A DNA stretch of 64,000 nt, taken from the NCBI GenBank assembly GCA_015680685.1, contig MNCI01001543.1, positions 304,051 to 368,050 on the forward strand, given 5' to 3'. The DNA is from Gnetum montanum (taxonomy: Eukaryota > Plantae > Gnetophyta). Position numbers and translations under genes: made by a program. This document shows, piece after piece, positions 22,101 to 35,216 of this stretch (position 1 is the stretch's first letter; every line of letters begins with the position of its first letter). Under the pieces are notes generated by a model. The model did no database searches and was not told the DNA's origin. It saw only the letters and a program-made list of their open reading frames with translations.

Positions 22101-25100
22101 TTTGTTCCAACGATGTGAATGATTTCCTAAGTTCTAATTAGCACACAAATAACAAAGTCCCCAACAACAACACTAATGATGAGCGGCAAGATACCCCTAT
22201 GCTCAACCATACAAATACAAGCATTTCACACATGATCCAGTCGAATCCCAAGGACTAAGTGCCTTTGCACCTTTGTGGAACAAGGATGGCTTGGTTGATC
22301 ATTATCTTCCCAAACTTACTTGTATGTCATGATTGTATGGTTAAGTAAGCTTGAGGCATATGATTTTTATATCTTTTATGTTTTTATGTCCTACGCTAAT
22401 AAGGTGAGAGAGAGATAACTAAGTGACTAATTTAACTTAACTACTCATTAACTAAGTTCTAACTAATCTTAACACCAGCATCCATTCCCACTTGATGTAC
22501 TCATCCTGAACCAGTGCAACGCTGTTGGGATTACCAAACACTAATCATTACTGGGTTACCAAGCATTACACACATGCTCAAAGTAGTCATACTAAGTGTA
22601 TTTACATAAGAAGGTGTAGGGTGAGAGAAGACATTAATTAGCTAGGAAATCATTTAATAACATCAATTAACACTAATTAATCTATTGTGGATGCTACAAG
22701 GTTTATCATAAATTTTGTCTTTATTTCTGTACACAAAGTGTGCTCAAGTACACAATGCTCGAATAAAAATCCGTTCACTCTATGACTCCTACTATGGGCA
22801 CGCAAAAATAATTCTAACTCTTGGAGGAAGGAAAGGCAAGAGTTCGTCTAAGGGACTAACTATCTAATGCAAAACCAAGTGTTCTTGCCTCTTATTTATA
22901 GGCAAGGAGGTAGGTCCTAATATCGGGTATTCGACATTGCATGGTAGGCTCCAATATCATGGACCCAATATCGCAGATGCGATATCGTGGTTCATCAATT
23001 CACATCTATCATGTCTATGACCATATTTGTAATGGTCTTCTCTATCATCTCCACCTTGCCTACAATTATTTTCCTTTCTATCTTGGCTATGTTCACCATC
23101 ATCAAAGCTTGATGATGAGGATAAAGGTGAAGAACTAGGAGAGTTATGTCAACTTGATCTTCTTCTATGATCCCTTTGATGCTCTCTTAGTTATTTTCTA
23201 GAAGACCTTGGCCTTGAGGTCCCTCTTCTTCTGGGTCTTATTCTCTCTTTGCCTTGGTTTGTATAAGACTAAACATAATCGTGGATAGTTTTTGTTATCT
23301 ATACTAAGTGGTGAATGATTTTGTCATTGAGATCTATCAGATTGATAATTAGCATCCTTCTTTTTTTATTATGCTATTAAGTTAATAGAAGCTTCCTTTT
23401 CTTTGAAAGCCTCATAGTGAGACTTCATACATCTATTTTTGTGATGCTAGGCCTATGTGGGCTAGTAATCCCTAGACATTTCATTAATTATTTTGTAGTT
23501 TAGAGATACTTGTTCAAGACTTGATTTCATTAATGCTACTAGGAGCATTGATGATACTTCTTGATCTAGGGTTAACACAATATTCTCCACCAAGTTTCTT
23601 CATCACAGTTATTCATCTTAGTAAAGGATAAAGGTGAAATCCAAATAGTAGGAATTGAGATTCTTGTAAATAAATTTTATATATTATGGCACCTCATCTT
23701 GTTGAATCATCTATAAGTGAGGAATCTACCCTATGAGAAGAAGACATCTTTTAGTTTATAAGTATGCCTTGAAATAAAATATTATTATCTTTAGATGATA
23801 AATCATATTTGATTCTAACAACAATCTTTGGATAATCCTAACTACCTAAAAAAATAGCATTGTTCCCAGTAAAAACAACAATGATGAGCAATAGAGTAAC
23901 CCTATGTTGAACCATATGAATCATAAGTGTTCATATACAATTTAGTGAAATTCTATGAACTAGGTCTAGTTGGATGCCTTAGATAGTCAAGCACTAAGTC
24001 ACTAATCATTGTCTTCCCAATCACATTTGTGTAAGCTTGAGTTGTATGGTTAAGTGTAACTGAGATGCATGATTAGATTTTATTATTATTAAATACTAAG
24101 AATATCAAAATATTATAATATTAATGTAACTAATATAAGTGTAGAAAATGGATCTTATCTATCCTAAGCATGAAGCATATAGTTGTAATTTTTGTACACA
24201 TTTTGAATATGCACTAACATTATTGGTTTAGTAGGTGTCTCGCTACTAGGAATACCAACTGACCCATTGCTAGGATTATTAAGCATTAGTACATTTATAA
24301 TCAAAATTGATCATGTTCATGTAAATTCACTAAGTGTGATGGAATAAAATATTTAAATAATTGCATGGAAAGTAAAAAAACAATTAAAGTAAATTGCAAG
24401 CAACTAAATTAAAGTGTTAAGACAAGTGCTATAATAAATAGAATAAATCTTAATTTCATTTCCATCATGCAAGTGTATCTAAGTACATAAAGTACTTAAA
24501 TAAAAATTCATACAATCTATTCAATTCACACTATGGGTAATCAATGGAAAAAATATTCTAACTTTTAGGAGAAAAAGCTACAAGATTTTAGCTACACAAT
24601 GAATCAAAGATATCAAAAATGCCATGGCTATGTACATTTATATAGATATTTATGAGGTTTTCATTAATGTTGATGCATTGAAAAATTAAGGGGTATATTG
24701 ATGCTAATGCATCGACACAACTAAAAAAATAGATTTCATTACCCACAAAACATCAATATCATATCCCTCAATTTTACTTAATGATATACACTAAGAGCTA
24801 TATTAGTACTATATGAAAGACAGTGATGTGCAATTGGATACTTAGCTATCTATTCTATCATGCGATCAAGAATTGTATGATTGGGCATTAGGATTACTTA
24901 TTGTTCATCATCGATGTCATTGCCAGGTATTGGTACTAGTGAATCTAGATTATTTAGATTATAAAGAAATCATTGTTGAGAAATTAAATGATTTATTATT
25001 TGAAAAATAATACTATTTTATTCATATATACATAATAATAATAATTTAAAATATCTTCTTCTCACAAAGTATATTTTCCACCTATTAATGATTCTACTAG

Positions 25101-25950
25101 GAGACATGACAGAACCATACATAATAGAGATGTTCCTCATCAAGTTAAGTTTATCTATCAAGATCTAGATCCCTATTATTTGAAATTTACCTTTTGTTAC
25201 ACTATAATGAACAATTTTTATGGAAGTTCCTAAAGGATAAGATAGTGTTGCCACTAAAATGTTCAACTCCATTCAACTACTCCATTAAAGTTGAATTGGA
25301 AGAAGCAAAGTCTAAATACAAAGTTGCTGATGAAATCTCTAGGCCCTATTAGCCTATTGATGCATAACATAGGAAAAATTGCATCATGGAGGCATACCAT
25401 GAACTAGCCAAAGAAAAGAGTGTTAAAATTCCATTAACATGATAGTTAAAAAGGTAGAATATTGACTATCGTTATGGCTAATCTAACTAGCAAAATCCTC
25501 CTTTCTTCAAAATAGATGAGATGGTTAATCAATGGCTATGCTTAGCCTTATTCAACAATTAAGGAAGAGAGAGAATCAAAACCAACACCATGAGGACCTC
25601 AAGACATAGGTCTTCTAGTAGGCCATCTAGTAAGCATCCAAGGGATCATGAAAAGAGGATAAGCTAGCATGGCTTTCCATGTTCTTCATCATCAAGATTT
25701 GATAAGGATGAGCATGGATGAAATAGAAGGACATATGATGAATGACTTGATGAAGGTAAAAGAAGAAAAAACAATAGAGTTAAAGGTAGATAAGGTAGAA
25801 GAGATATAGAGAAAGGGCATAGACATGAAATAATGCATAGCAAGTAATATATAAGGAGACATGTTTATGATAGAGACTAGGATAAATGAGATGATTCTAT
25901 AAATCCCCTTTTTCTTCTTACTATAAAAATAAAGATTACTTATGTGCAAT
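22101..25950. mobile_element. Degenerate fragments of a second LTR family with tRNA-Asp-type PBS (Athila-like), both orientations
   Basis: LTR terminus TGATGAG.../...TCATCA at 22177 (-), 23882 (-) and 24910 (+), each next to a CpG-decayed TGGCGCCGTTGCCGGGG-like PBS (22159-22175, ~23864-23880, ~24912-24929). 23690-23750 is a reverse-complement homolog of ~25050-25110. Confidence 0.6.
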
Positions 25951-28131
25951 ATGTTGATTAGATGTTTTACAAAATGATTAGATAGATCTCATTCTTTTAT
26001 CTATGCTAAATAATATGAGATCCTATATTTTTATTTTCTATCCATTTCTATACTTAGTTCATTCCCTATTAAGAGGATCCTTAAATGAGATGATTAGGAT
26101 AATTCCCATGATTTTATAGATTCATTCTTATCTCTCCAAATCTATTCGTGGGAGATCAAGGCCTATATAATGATAGTAGCATATGTTTATTTGTAGAAGA
26201 ATTTAAGAAAGTTTCCCAAGAGTGTATTTATTCTAACTTAGTTTTTCATTTCTTCTTAAGCTTAGATCATAGACCCAAGGCCCTTTAGGTTTCTCATTTG
26301 ATATAAAAGTAGGTTAGTTTAGATCCTTGACAATAGATTAGTTTGGTCCAAAAACATGGATCTATGTCTTTCCAAGTTTCTATCTTTAATGAAGAGAATT
26401 ATGAGTATTGGGTAATCAATATGCAGACATTTTTTATCTCACAAGATTTATTGAATTTTTTTGAGAATGGATTCAAAGATGTTGATCAATCAACATTTCA
26501 AGCTTTGAAAGAAGAAGAAAAGAATGAAGTCAAGGAGCTTCATAAGAAAGATGTAAAGGCATGCAATCTAGGTTAAATGTGATATTATTTTCCAAAATTA
26601 TCATGCATCAAACTAGGAAAGCTACATCGAATGCATTGAAGATTACATAGAAGGAATCATCAAAATTTTGAGTTGTTAAGCTATAAGTAATAAGCAAGAT
26701 TTGAAATCATTGCACTTGCTATATTTAGAGAATATTGATCAATAAATCTATTGGCTTCAACAAGTTCAAAGTAGAAATGAATATTTTAGAGAAATGCTTA
26801 AGGAAAGACATGTTGGTGAAAAATTATTTAAAGTATATTTAGATGATATGGCCCAATCATTGTGGCTATTGAAGAAGCAACAGATCTTGATAAGATGACC
26901 ATGGTTGAGTTCATAGAACTCTAAAGGACATATAGGTATAAGATTTTTGATCTTTAGCAGTAAAAAACAAATGCATTTCAAGTGCAATTTTAGAGGACAT
27001 CCAATAAAAATCAAAATCAATGATCCTCAAGTGGATTCTCATTTATAGGATGTGATGATAGTTGCAAAAAATATGGAGGTCATGATATTGGAAGATCAAA
27101 TCAATTAATTACAATTAATCATTATGATTTTTATGGCACCAATAGTTACAATGCTTTAGAATGTTGGTCTAGAAAGAACTATGAAAAGAAAGGTAAAGAA
27201 AAAATTTTAGAACATTAAGATTAGCAACAAGATCAAAAAATATGATGAACAATTATTTTACATTGAAAATAAGTAAGATTAACTCTTGATTTCTACGAAG
27301 GTATCAAATACCAACAACAACAAAAATATTTAATATGTTGATAGTAGCTGAAATAATCACATGATTGGAAATAATAAGTTCTTATCAAATCTAGAAAAAA
27401 TATGATGGAAAGATAACTATAGGGAATGGAAAAAAGCTAACAACTATCGTGATTGGATCACTTGCCTTCATAACAACTCACGGTAACAAATATATTATCT
27501 TCCAAATTTTTTATGTTCTAGATGTTCAAAGAATTTATTAAGTGTTGGATAATTATATCGAAATGTTTATCATGTGGAATTTGAAAAAAAAAATGTTTGT
27601 AAAATATATAAGACTAATGATGAAAAAGGTATTGTCATTATTCCAGTTAGCAAAACTTAGATGTATAAGTTGAAGATGCAAAATGATGTTCATTACTTCA
27701 CTGTCATAGAAGATATAGCATGAATATGGTATGAAATGTTGGAACATCTCAACTTTGGATCTTTGAACTGCATGTAAAAAGGAGACATTGTAAGAGTTAT
27801 GCTAAAGATTTCTTTTCCAAATAATCATGATTGTGGCATATTTCAACTAGGAAAAATCACAAGATCTTCGTTTTCTAGGAAAGAACATAGATCTCAATCA
27901 AAATTAGATCTAGTTCATATGAATATATGTGATCCCATGAAAACATTAAGCCTAAGTAAAAGATAATATTTGTTTTTTTATCATGGATGATTTTTCAATA
28001 TTTTCTTGTGGATAATTTCTCAAGTTAAAGGTTCAAACATTGGGATTTTTAAAAGAGTTTAAGATAGAAGTAAAAAATCAAAGTAAAAAATCAAAGTAAA
28101 ATATCATTAAAAAATCTCATCATATCATGGT
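25950..28131 (+). mobile_element. Ty1/Copia remnant (LTR-like segment, gag, PR, start of INT), truncated by element G
   Basis: FNEENYEYWVINMQTFFISQDL (Copia gag N-terminus); decayed DS..NHM.G protease motif at ~27340; LVH.NIC.PM..DDFS integrase-like segment at 27905-28000; decayed Met PBS at ~26299. Confidence 0.75.
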
Positions 28132-31046
28132 TGAAACACCTCAAAGAAAATTCAATTGTAAATAGGGAAGCCTTATGACCAAGGAAAAAACTTACACCTC
28201 TTCTATGTAAATTTTAAATGTAATTCTAATTAGATTTAAGAGTAAAAGAAATGTCTTTATTTCCCCTCAAAAATCTAAGTAAGCCTGTTTCATTGAAGTT
28301 TCAAACAATTATCATAATGTAAAGCATAATTCATCACATGAAACATGAAAAATATTATGAATTATGCTAAGCTAGTGTAAATTAGCCTCATGTTGCAACA
28401 AAATGCTATATGATCTAGTGTAAATCATATGAAATACATTGTATTCTTCTTGCTAGTGTAAATTAAAAAAAATGCTAGGCATAATGTCAGGAAACTTACC
28501 AAAATAGAGTCAACATGGAAATAACAAGCCATAGCCTATATAAGCAAAAAATAGTGTAATATTCAAGGACTTCTAGGACTTTGAATATTTTGAGCATTCA
28601 TATATCTGAGAGCATGTAACCATTATTTTTCTTAGTGTTGACCACCAAGAGTACTAAGAACCTACTACAATCTTTAGTTTTCATGCAGGTCCAACAAGCC
28701 AAATGCCTTTGTAACAATTGCAAAGAACACGTTAATAATCCATGCCCTAGATCTTCCAATAATAATTTTTTGGAAGACTTCTAAGGCCTCTACAGTTTTA
28801 CATATTGAAAGCCACAAAGACTTATAAATATATATTTTCTAAACTCATATTTTTCATATTAATACAAATTTGCAATGTTTTTGACCATATCTTTTATATT
28901 TCTCTATTGTTAATGCTTAGTTTGTTCACAAATTTGGTGTTGAATTTATTGTTTATACATCTATCATCCATTTACATCATTCACTTAAAATTACTAATAA
29001 ACTTTTAATTCCCTATATGAGTGACAAAACTATCTAAGATGCCTTAGATTCTTTTAGACCTATGGATCTTAAGGTTAAACTATTTTGAATAGGGATCTTT
29101 AATCTCTAGCACCTAAATTTTTTTCATTGTTAGGGTTTCTGGTACTAGAAAGAGGGCCTTCCCCTTTTTTCTTCAACACAACCAAAATACAATTACTATT
29201 TCCATTTTTTTCACTAATTTCATCTTTGTGACAATTTCCATTATAGCATTTTTAACTATAGTTGTTTGTTTTGGGTGTTTCAAATACTAGCTTATTTACG
29301 GTTCCTACATTACTAGTGTGAATTCTAGATGACATTGTCCTTAATCCCAATAAATTCCTCATTCCTTGCAACAAATCCTAGCATTACACAAAATATATTA
29401 TACTAAATACACTAAATCTAGTTTCCAAAAAATTATCATGAAGTTTGTTCACCTTATCTCAAAGCCTATTTTTAAAGTTTTATAGTAAAGTTTTCACTAT
29501 TTTTACATTTATGTTGTAGCCCAATTTAAATTTATGTTGTATAGAATTTACATGATAGGTTGTGATTTTACATTTATACTCATATAGCCTATGCCATCAT
29601 TGTTGAGTCTCTTGGTGCTTGATTTTTTATCCCTTTCTTGTCAATTGTTCTACTATAAAACATCATCGACATGGCATTTATGATCCAAAATACCCAACCA
29701 TAGTGTAATCTAGATAGTCTTAGGTATCTAGGATGTAACACAACACACTCTAATATTTGTGAGAAATACTATAATTTTATAAATGATAATATTCAAGTTG
29801 GTTTGTGTATCCTATGTAAGGAGTTAGAGTCCAAGTGCCAATATGAGATGATTCATGAAAATGGAAATGAATATATTCCTTTCCCTTACGATAATATAGA
29901 TCTTTCAAAGTTTTATACACATATGCTAGTCCAACTGCTAGATGCTAATAATGAAATCATAGCTAGTGAATAGACAAGCTTGAATCAATATCATAAGAAC
30001 CAAGATGAATTGGGAAGGTACTATGAAACTTATACTCAGCTAGAGGACATATTACAATGGTTAATTTCCAACTCATCTATGACAAATACATTGCATTCCA
30101 CCTTTGTGACATCCTCTACAAACCAAGCCTCATAATCTACCTTCTGATTTGTTCATATGTTTACAACCATGTATTTCAGCCCACTAATTATTGAAACATC
30201 CTAAACTCATTCAGTGAACCCTACTCCAATGGTCCCCTTCGTATCACAACCTTTTGTAATCTTGGTTTTTCTCTTGTCAGGACTTCAATTCCACATGTAT
30301 CCCATGATCCTTTCATTTTTAACATTCCCTATATTCCTAAATTCTTTGTACAAAATTCACCTTCAATGTTTAACCCCCTACAATGGAAACAACATGATCT
30401 CTTCAGTTAATACCATTGTTCATTGAATAGCCACATATAGTTTAGCCAGCGATGTAGTCCTTTGGAGCACCATTGAGTCTGAATCAAGTCTTCTAGATGA
30501 TCCAAAACCTTATTGAGAAGCTATGTAAACTTAAGACAAGCACCACACAAATAGTAAAAGTCATGGATTCTTACCAAGATGACCCTATCAATCCTAGTGT
30601 GCCATTGATAATGTTACTTGTAGGCATCCCTATCCCGCACTTCATCAAATGCAATGGTGAAGAAGATCCTAATGCACACCTTATCACTTTCCACTTTGAA
30701 TGTCTCTTATTGCAAGCTTGTCCTTAAATAGTATTGCATATCTTCCCTATGTCCTTGCTAGGAAAATATTAAGACTAGTATCAGCCATTGCAAAGAGGTT
30801 TCATATCTTCACTCAATGATCTAATTGCCCAATCCATTAATTAGTTTAAATATAATTTATGGCTAAACACAATATCAAATCAACTCATGAAAGTAAGATA
30901 GGTATCCCTCAAAGTACTACAAAAGTACATACAAATATGCAATGCAATATTGAATGAAATTCTTGATCCTATATTTGAAATTCACCTCTTAGTTATTTTC
31001 AAGGAAGTAATGAATGACATTATTAAGTCAAAATTATACTACTTAT
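28132..31046 (+). mobile_element. Element G: Tat-like LTR + PBS + gag remnant on plus strand, cut by element C
   Basis: Starts TGAAACACC at 28132. PBS TGGTACTAGAAAGAGGG at 29140-29156. Gag fragment YQDDPINP..KCNGEEDPNAHL (30497-30727). Closest to element E. Confidence 0.8.
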
Positions 31047-33445
31047 TGTAGTGATCGAAAACATCAATGGCTGGAACATCAAGAGGTTACTGGGCATATA
31101 GCCTAACCAGATCTGTGTGAGGGTTATGCTAGAGTAAATGGAAGCAGGCTGCCCGAAATAGTCTAGTCGATCAGATAGGGACTTAGTTGGTGTACAATAA
31201 CCTTTCATTAACATTTATTTTAAGAAAATATGCATGGAGATTTAAGTGCAAAAAATCCATAACACACAGAATAGTAAAAGCTTGGAAAAAATGTGTAACT
31301 AAAGTAATGAACCTAAGCTGATAGACAATGATGCCAAAATATAGCAAAATGCAATGAAGTGCGCATGAGTAAGGGAATGCACCATCCCAAAATTAGGGGA
31401 TCAAATCTTTTCTTGGCTAGAGAAGATGTACAAATAATGTGCAGTATGGATAGGCATAGCTTACGATGGAACGGTATGATCACAACTCCTTGACTACTGC
31501 TAATGGCTTGCTAATAGGAATTGATGAGCCAGTGCTTGTTGGGCTAAGAGAGATTTGGGAGGTGCTACTGTTGAGGCTTGCTATTTGTCAACCTTTCACT
31601 TACTTGTCTCTTTTCCAAAGCCAATCGCCAAAAATCCAAATTCCAAGATGCCAATCGCAAGAAAGCCAAAAATGCCAAAATGCCAAATTTTTGAAGCCAA
31701 CCACTTGAACATTGTTTGTTGGGGTATTTATAGGGCTAGGAGTAGGAGTAAAAATGTGTTTTCGATGCCACATGTCCTGGGTCCCATAGGGTGAAAACGT
31801 GAATGTGCAACACTGGTATGTGGTGCTACATTGTAGTGTTACGCTGATGTGCTATGCTACAGTGTAATGCTGAGTGGGACCGAGATTGGAAGTGAAACCT
31901 ACCGAATTGTGACCATACTATTCAAACTGCATGTGCTAGAATCCAAGGAACTACCTTGTGTGTTACAAATAATGCAAATAATGAATGCAAGGTGGAGCTT
32001 ATGCTCTAGGACTAGGTCTTCCCTACTCTTGTGAGTAGGGTCAAGCATAGGGACAACTTTGGGAATTAACAAAGGGGTGAAAAATAAAGCAAACTTTCTA
32101 ATCTTTTCTGTTGAAGAGATGTCAGAGTAGAAATAAACACTGTCAACAAGTTCTAGAGCTAACCAGAGATTTCCTGAGGCTTCCGCGTGAGTGTTATGCT
32201 AGTTACGCTACCCAGCATATTGGCTTAGCGTAAACACTCGCACGCTATGCTATGCTACGTTGCTTAGCGTAGCCACTAGTCTTGAGAGAAATCTTGCCTA
32301 AAAGCTAAAAATATCTATCTGAGGCCTGCCTAGGCAAGCAACTTCTGCAATTGACAACCTAGCCTCCCCTGTTGAAAGGTCTTGGGACCTATGGAGTTCA
32401 TGCTTGGGATACTTTTGGGCTTTGTGTCCTTGCTACGCTGTGCTACGCTATGTAGCATAACATAGCGTAGTAGCTAGTGTGATGTGCATCCTTGCTAGAT
32501 CTACAATGCTTTGTCAGAAAAATTTTCTTAGGGTCTGAGGGTGAAGTGGGATAGGCAATCTTGGAGGTTGATGTGTGGCCAATGTAGTTCCTTTGCTACA
32601 ACCACTTGCCGAAGGACCTTCGTGTGTTCTGACCCTGCTATGCTGTGTAGCGTAGCACCCTGTTTAGCTTGAATTTTGACTCAACTTGAAAAAATTTTAT
32701 CATAGAATGCTAGCCATGTCTTGGCATGGTAGTAGAGCAAGCATGTTTTACAGTTGAAGCATGGGCAATCATGTTTACTATGCCAAAACAGTCTGAGTGG
32801 AAGAAATGCCACATGAGCAACCCACTACACTATGCTACGCTATGTAGCGTAGCATAGCGTAGCACTTAGATGAAGATGACTTTTGATGAAATTTACCATA
32901 TTTTTGCTACGTCGTGTTGCTCATCCATCAAGGATGAAGTGGGGAAGATACCTTGAAGGGCTGAGTCATTGTCAATCTGCATCTTTAGTGCCCCATCAAT
33001 CTTCTCAAGGCCTGCTATGCTATGCAGTGTAGCGTAGCGTAGCAAGTTCTTATGGTTGGAAAACTTGTCAAACTTTTTAGTCCATCCTAAACACCTTCAA
33101 CAGCCCCTAGCATGGTCCCTAGGTAGACCATCAATTGGGTCATGTGCCAAGCTGGGAAATCTAGAGGGTGTAGCAAGCCTATCAGCCTGGTAGATAGAAA
33201 CTTTGTTAGACTGTATGGTCTACCCATAGTGCCTCTTTCATGCAAATTGGCCCTATGACTGGGTGGTACATTGACTGTGTTGTAGAGGATGGCAAGTAGG
33301 TTTAGAAGTATCTTTGTAGGCATTAGGACTTCCAAGGTGTTATTTTTTTCTACACAGTCCAACGGGACACCATGCTTGCAGGGATCCTTACCGAAATTTT
33401 AAGACTATGCTGGATCATGAGAGTCCTAAAATTTATGGTATTTCA
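31047..33445 (-). repeat. 3' LTR of element C (~2.4 kb)
   Basis: Ends tgtagtgatc...ggtatttca. PPT AAAAAGAGGGGCCA (minus) at ~33447-33460. Confidence 0.88.
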
Positions 33446-34871
33446 ATGGCCCCTCTTTTTGATGTCTAGAGGATCTACCCAAGAGAATTCAACAAAGAAT
33501 ATGAAACACCATGAGGAACAAGACCCCAACATCACTCTTCAGTGTTCGCTCGGATGACGCTTTGCTACGTTTGAGAGTACTAGGAGAGTGATTGTAAGGT
33601 AGGGTGCAAGGGATGAATTTTGAGAAAGTAGGTTCAAGGAAGAAAGAATGTAGAATGCAACACTATGATAACTATTTCCATAATGTGATCCCTCGTCAGA
33701 ATGCTTATGAGGGAATTAGCATGCATGCATGTCCTTCTTTTTGGATTTCAACCTCTAATCAAAGTGCTTAGAAATGGTTGATCCATAGCTAAAATGTTTG
33801 TGAAGCAGCTATTATGCCATTTTTAGGCACTTTTTTGAGCTTTTTTCTCTTTTAGTGCTTTTGTGCTTTTTGTTGCACATCCAGGTTCACTTGGAGACAA
33901 CCTTGTTGTCACCGTAGGATAGGTGTTTCCTCCCCAGGATGAGCTATGTTGCATCCATGTGGGGCTTTGTCCTGCCTACAGATGCTTCTAATGGAACGAG
34001 TTGTGTTATGTCCATCATGGTCTTGGTAGTCGGGCATGCGAAAGGGCTTTATATGCATTGGGAAATCTTGTGGAGAGGACATGGGAAATTTCAAGTATAG
34101 AGAATAGAGATTAGGTTAGCTGAAGGGAGAGTAGGATATGCACTTTCAAATAGCTAAGCTGATCAAAGTGGGTACTTTGGAGTAATGTAGTGCCTTTCTC
34201 TCATGGTGAAACGCATCTCAAGATGAAACCATCTTGGCTTTTATCCTACAAACACAACAAAGAGAAAATCAGAAAAAAGCAACCATTAATTGAAGTGAGG
34301 GCAAAGTCCTACTTACTCTGGACACTACCAGAGTGGCAAGTGTTGTATCTAAAATGTGCAATGTCCAAAGAAGGAAGGTTAGCATAGGTTCCAACAGCGA
34401 CAAGCTAGAAAGGTTAGCACTGAAGAGGATAGGAGCAATGATGATGCAGGTGTTTAGGATTCCCCATCCAAGGCAAACATCGTGTAGTCCAACAGCAAGG
34501 TGAGAAGCCTAACAGTTGAATGCCTTTTGGACTTGGACGATGGTGAGGGTTGGAGGATGGAAACCTTGTGGCTGGGCCACAATAGTTCTAGGACTCCAGC
34601 AGCAGGTGCTAACGCTAAGAGCTATAGCCAAGATGATTGGCTATGGTAGCAATAGCTCCAGAAGGTAAGCAAGATGTCAAATGACATCTCCAAAAGACAA
34701 GATGCTAGGGGTAGTGATGCTACATGTGTTCCAGAGGGTATTTCCTTGGCAACATGAATTGCATTATGGAACAACAACATCCCATCCCCTGTTGTCTAGG
34801 AAGTTTGAAATTGTGCACACTCACTTGTTCATAAGGGTCACATGTGTGAGTTAGGAGGCATTGCACTACGA

Positions 34872-35172
34872 ACCCAATTAAAGTCTTGGTAGACTATCAG
34901 ATGTGCTAGTTTAAGGTCTCAGTAGATTGATGTTCTAGTTTAAGGTCCTAACAAACTGCTGTGCTAGTTTAATGTTGTAGCGGATGGTGGATGGCTAGTT
35001 TAAGGTCGTAGCAGACCATGTTGTGGGTGCCAATTTTACATCATAGCCCAAGGATGTGCTATGCCAGTTTAACATCATAGCAGAAATTATATGCTAGCTT
35101 ATAGTCATAGTAGACTAGCTGTACCAATTTATAGTCATAGCAGACTATCTGTGCCAATTTTACATCATAGAG
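34872..35172. repeat. Post-integrase tandem array (~30 bp units, GCTAGTTTAAGGTC core), element C
   Basis: About nine diverged units directly after the INT stop. Confidence 0.85.
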
Positions 35173-35216
35173 GACGTGTTTCTTACCTTACTTCTCATCT
35201 GATGTAATCCTTTGTG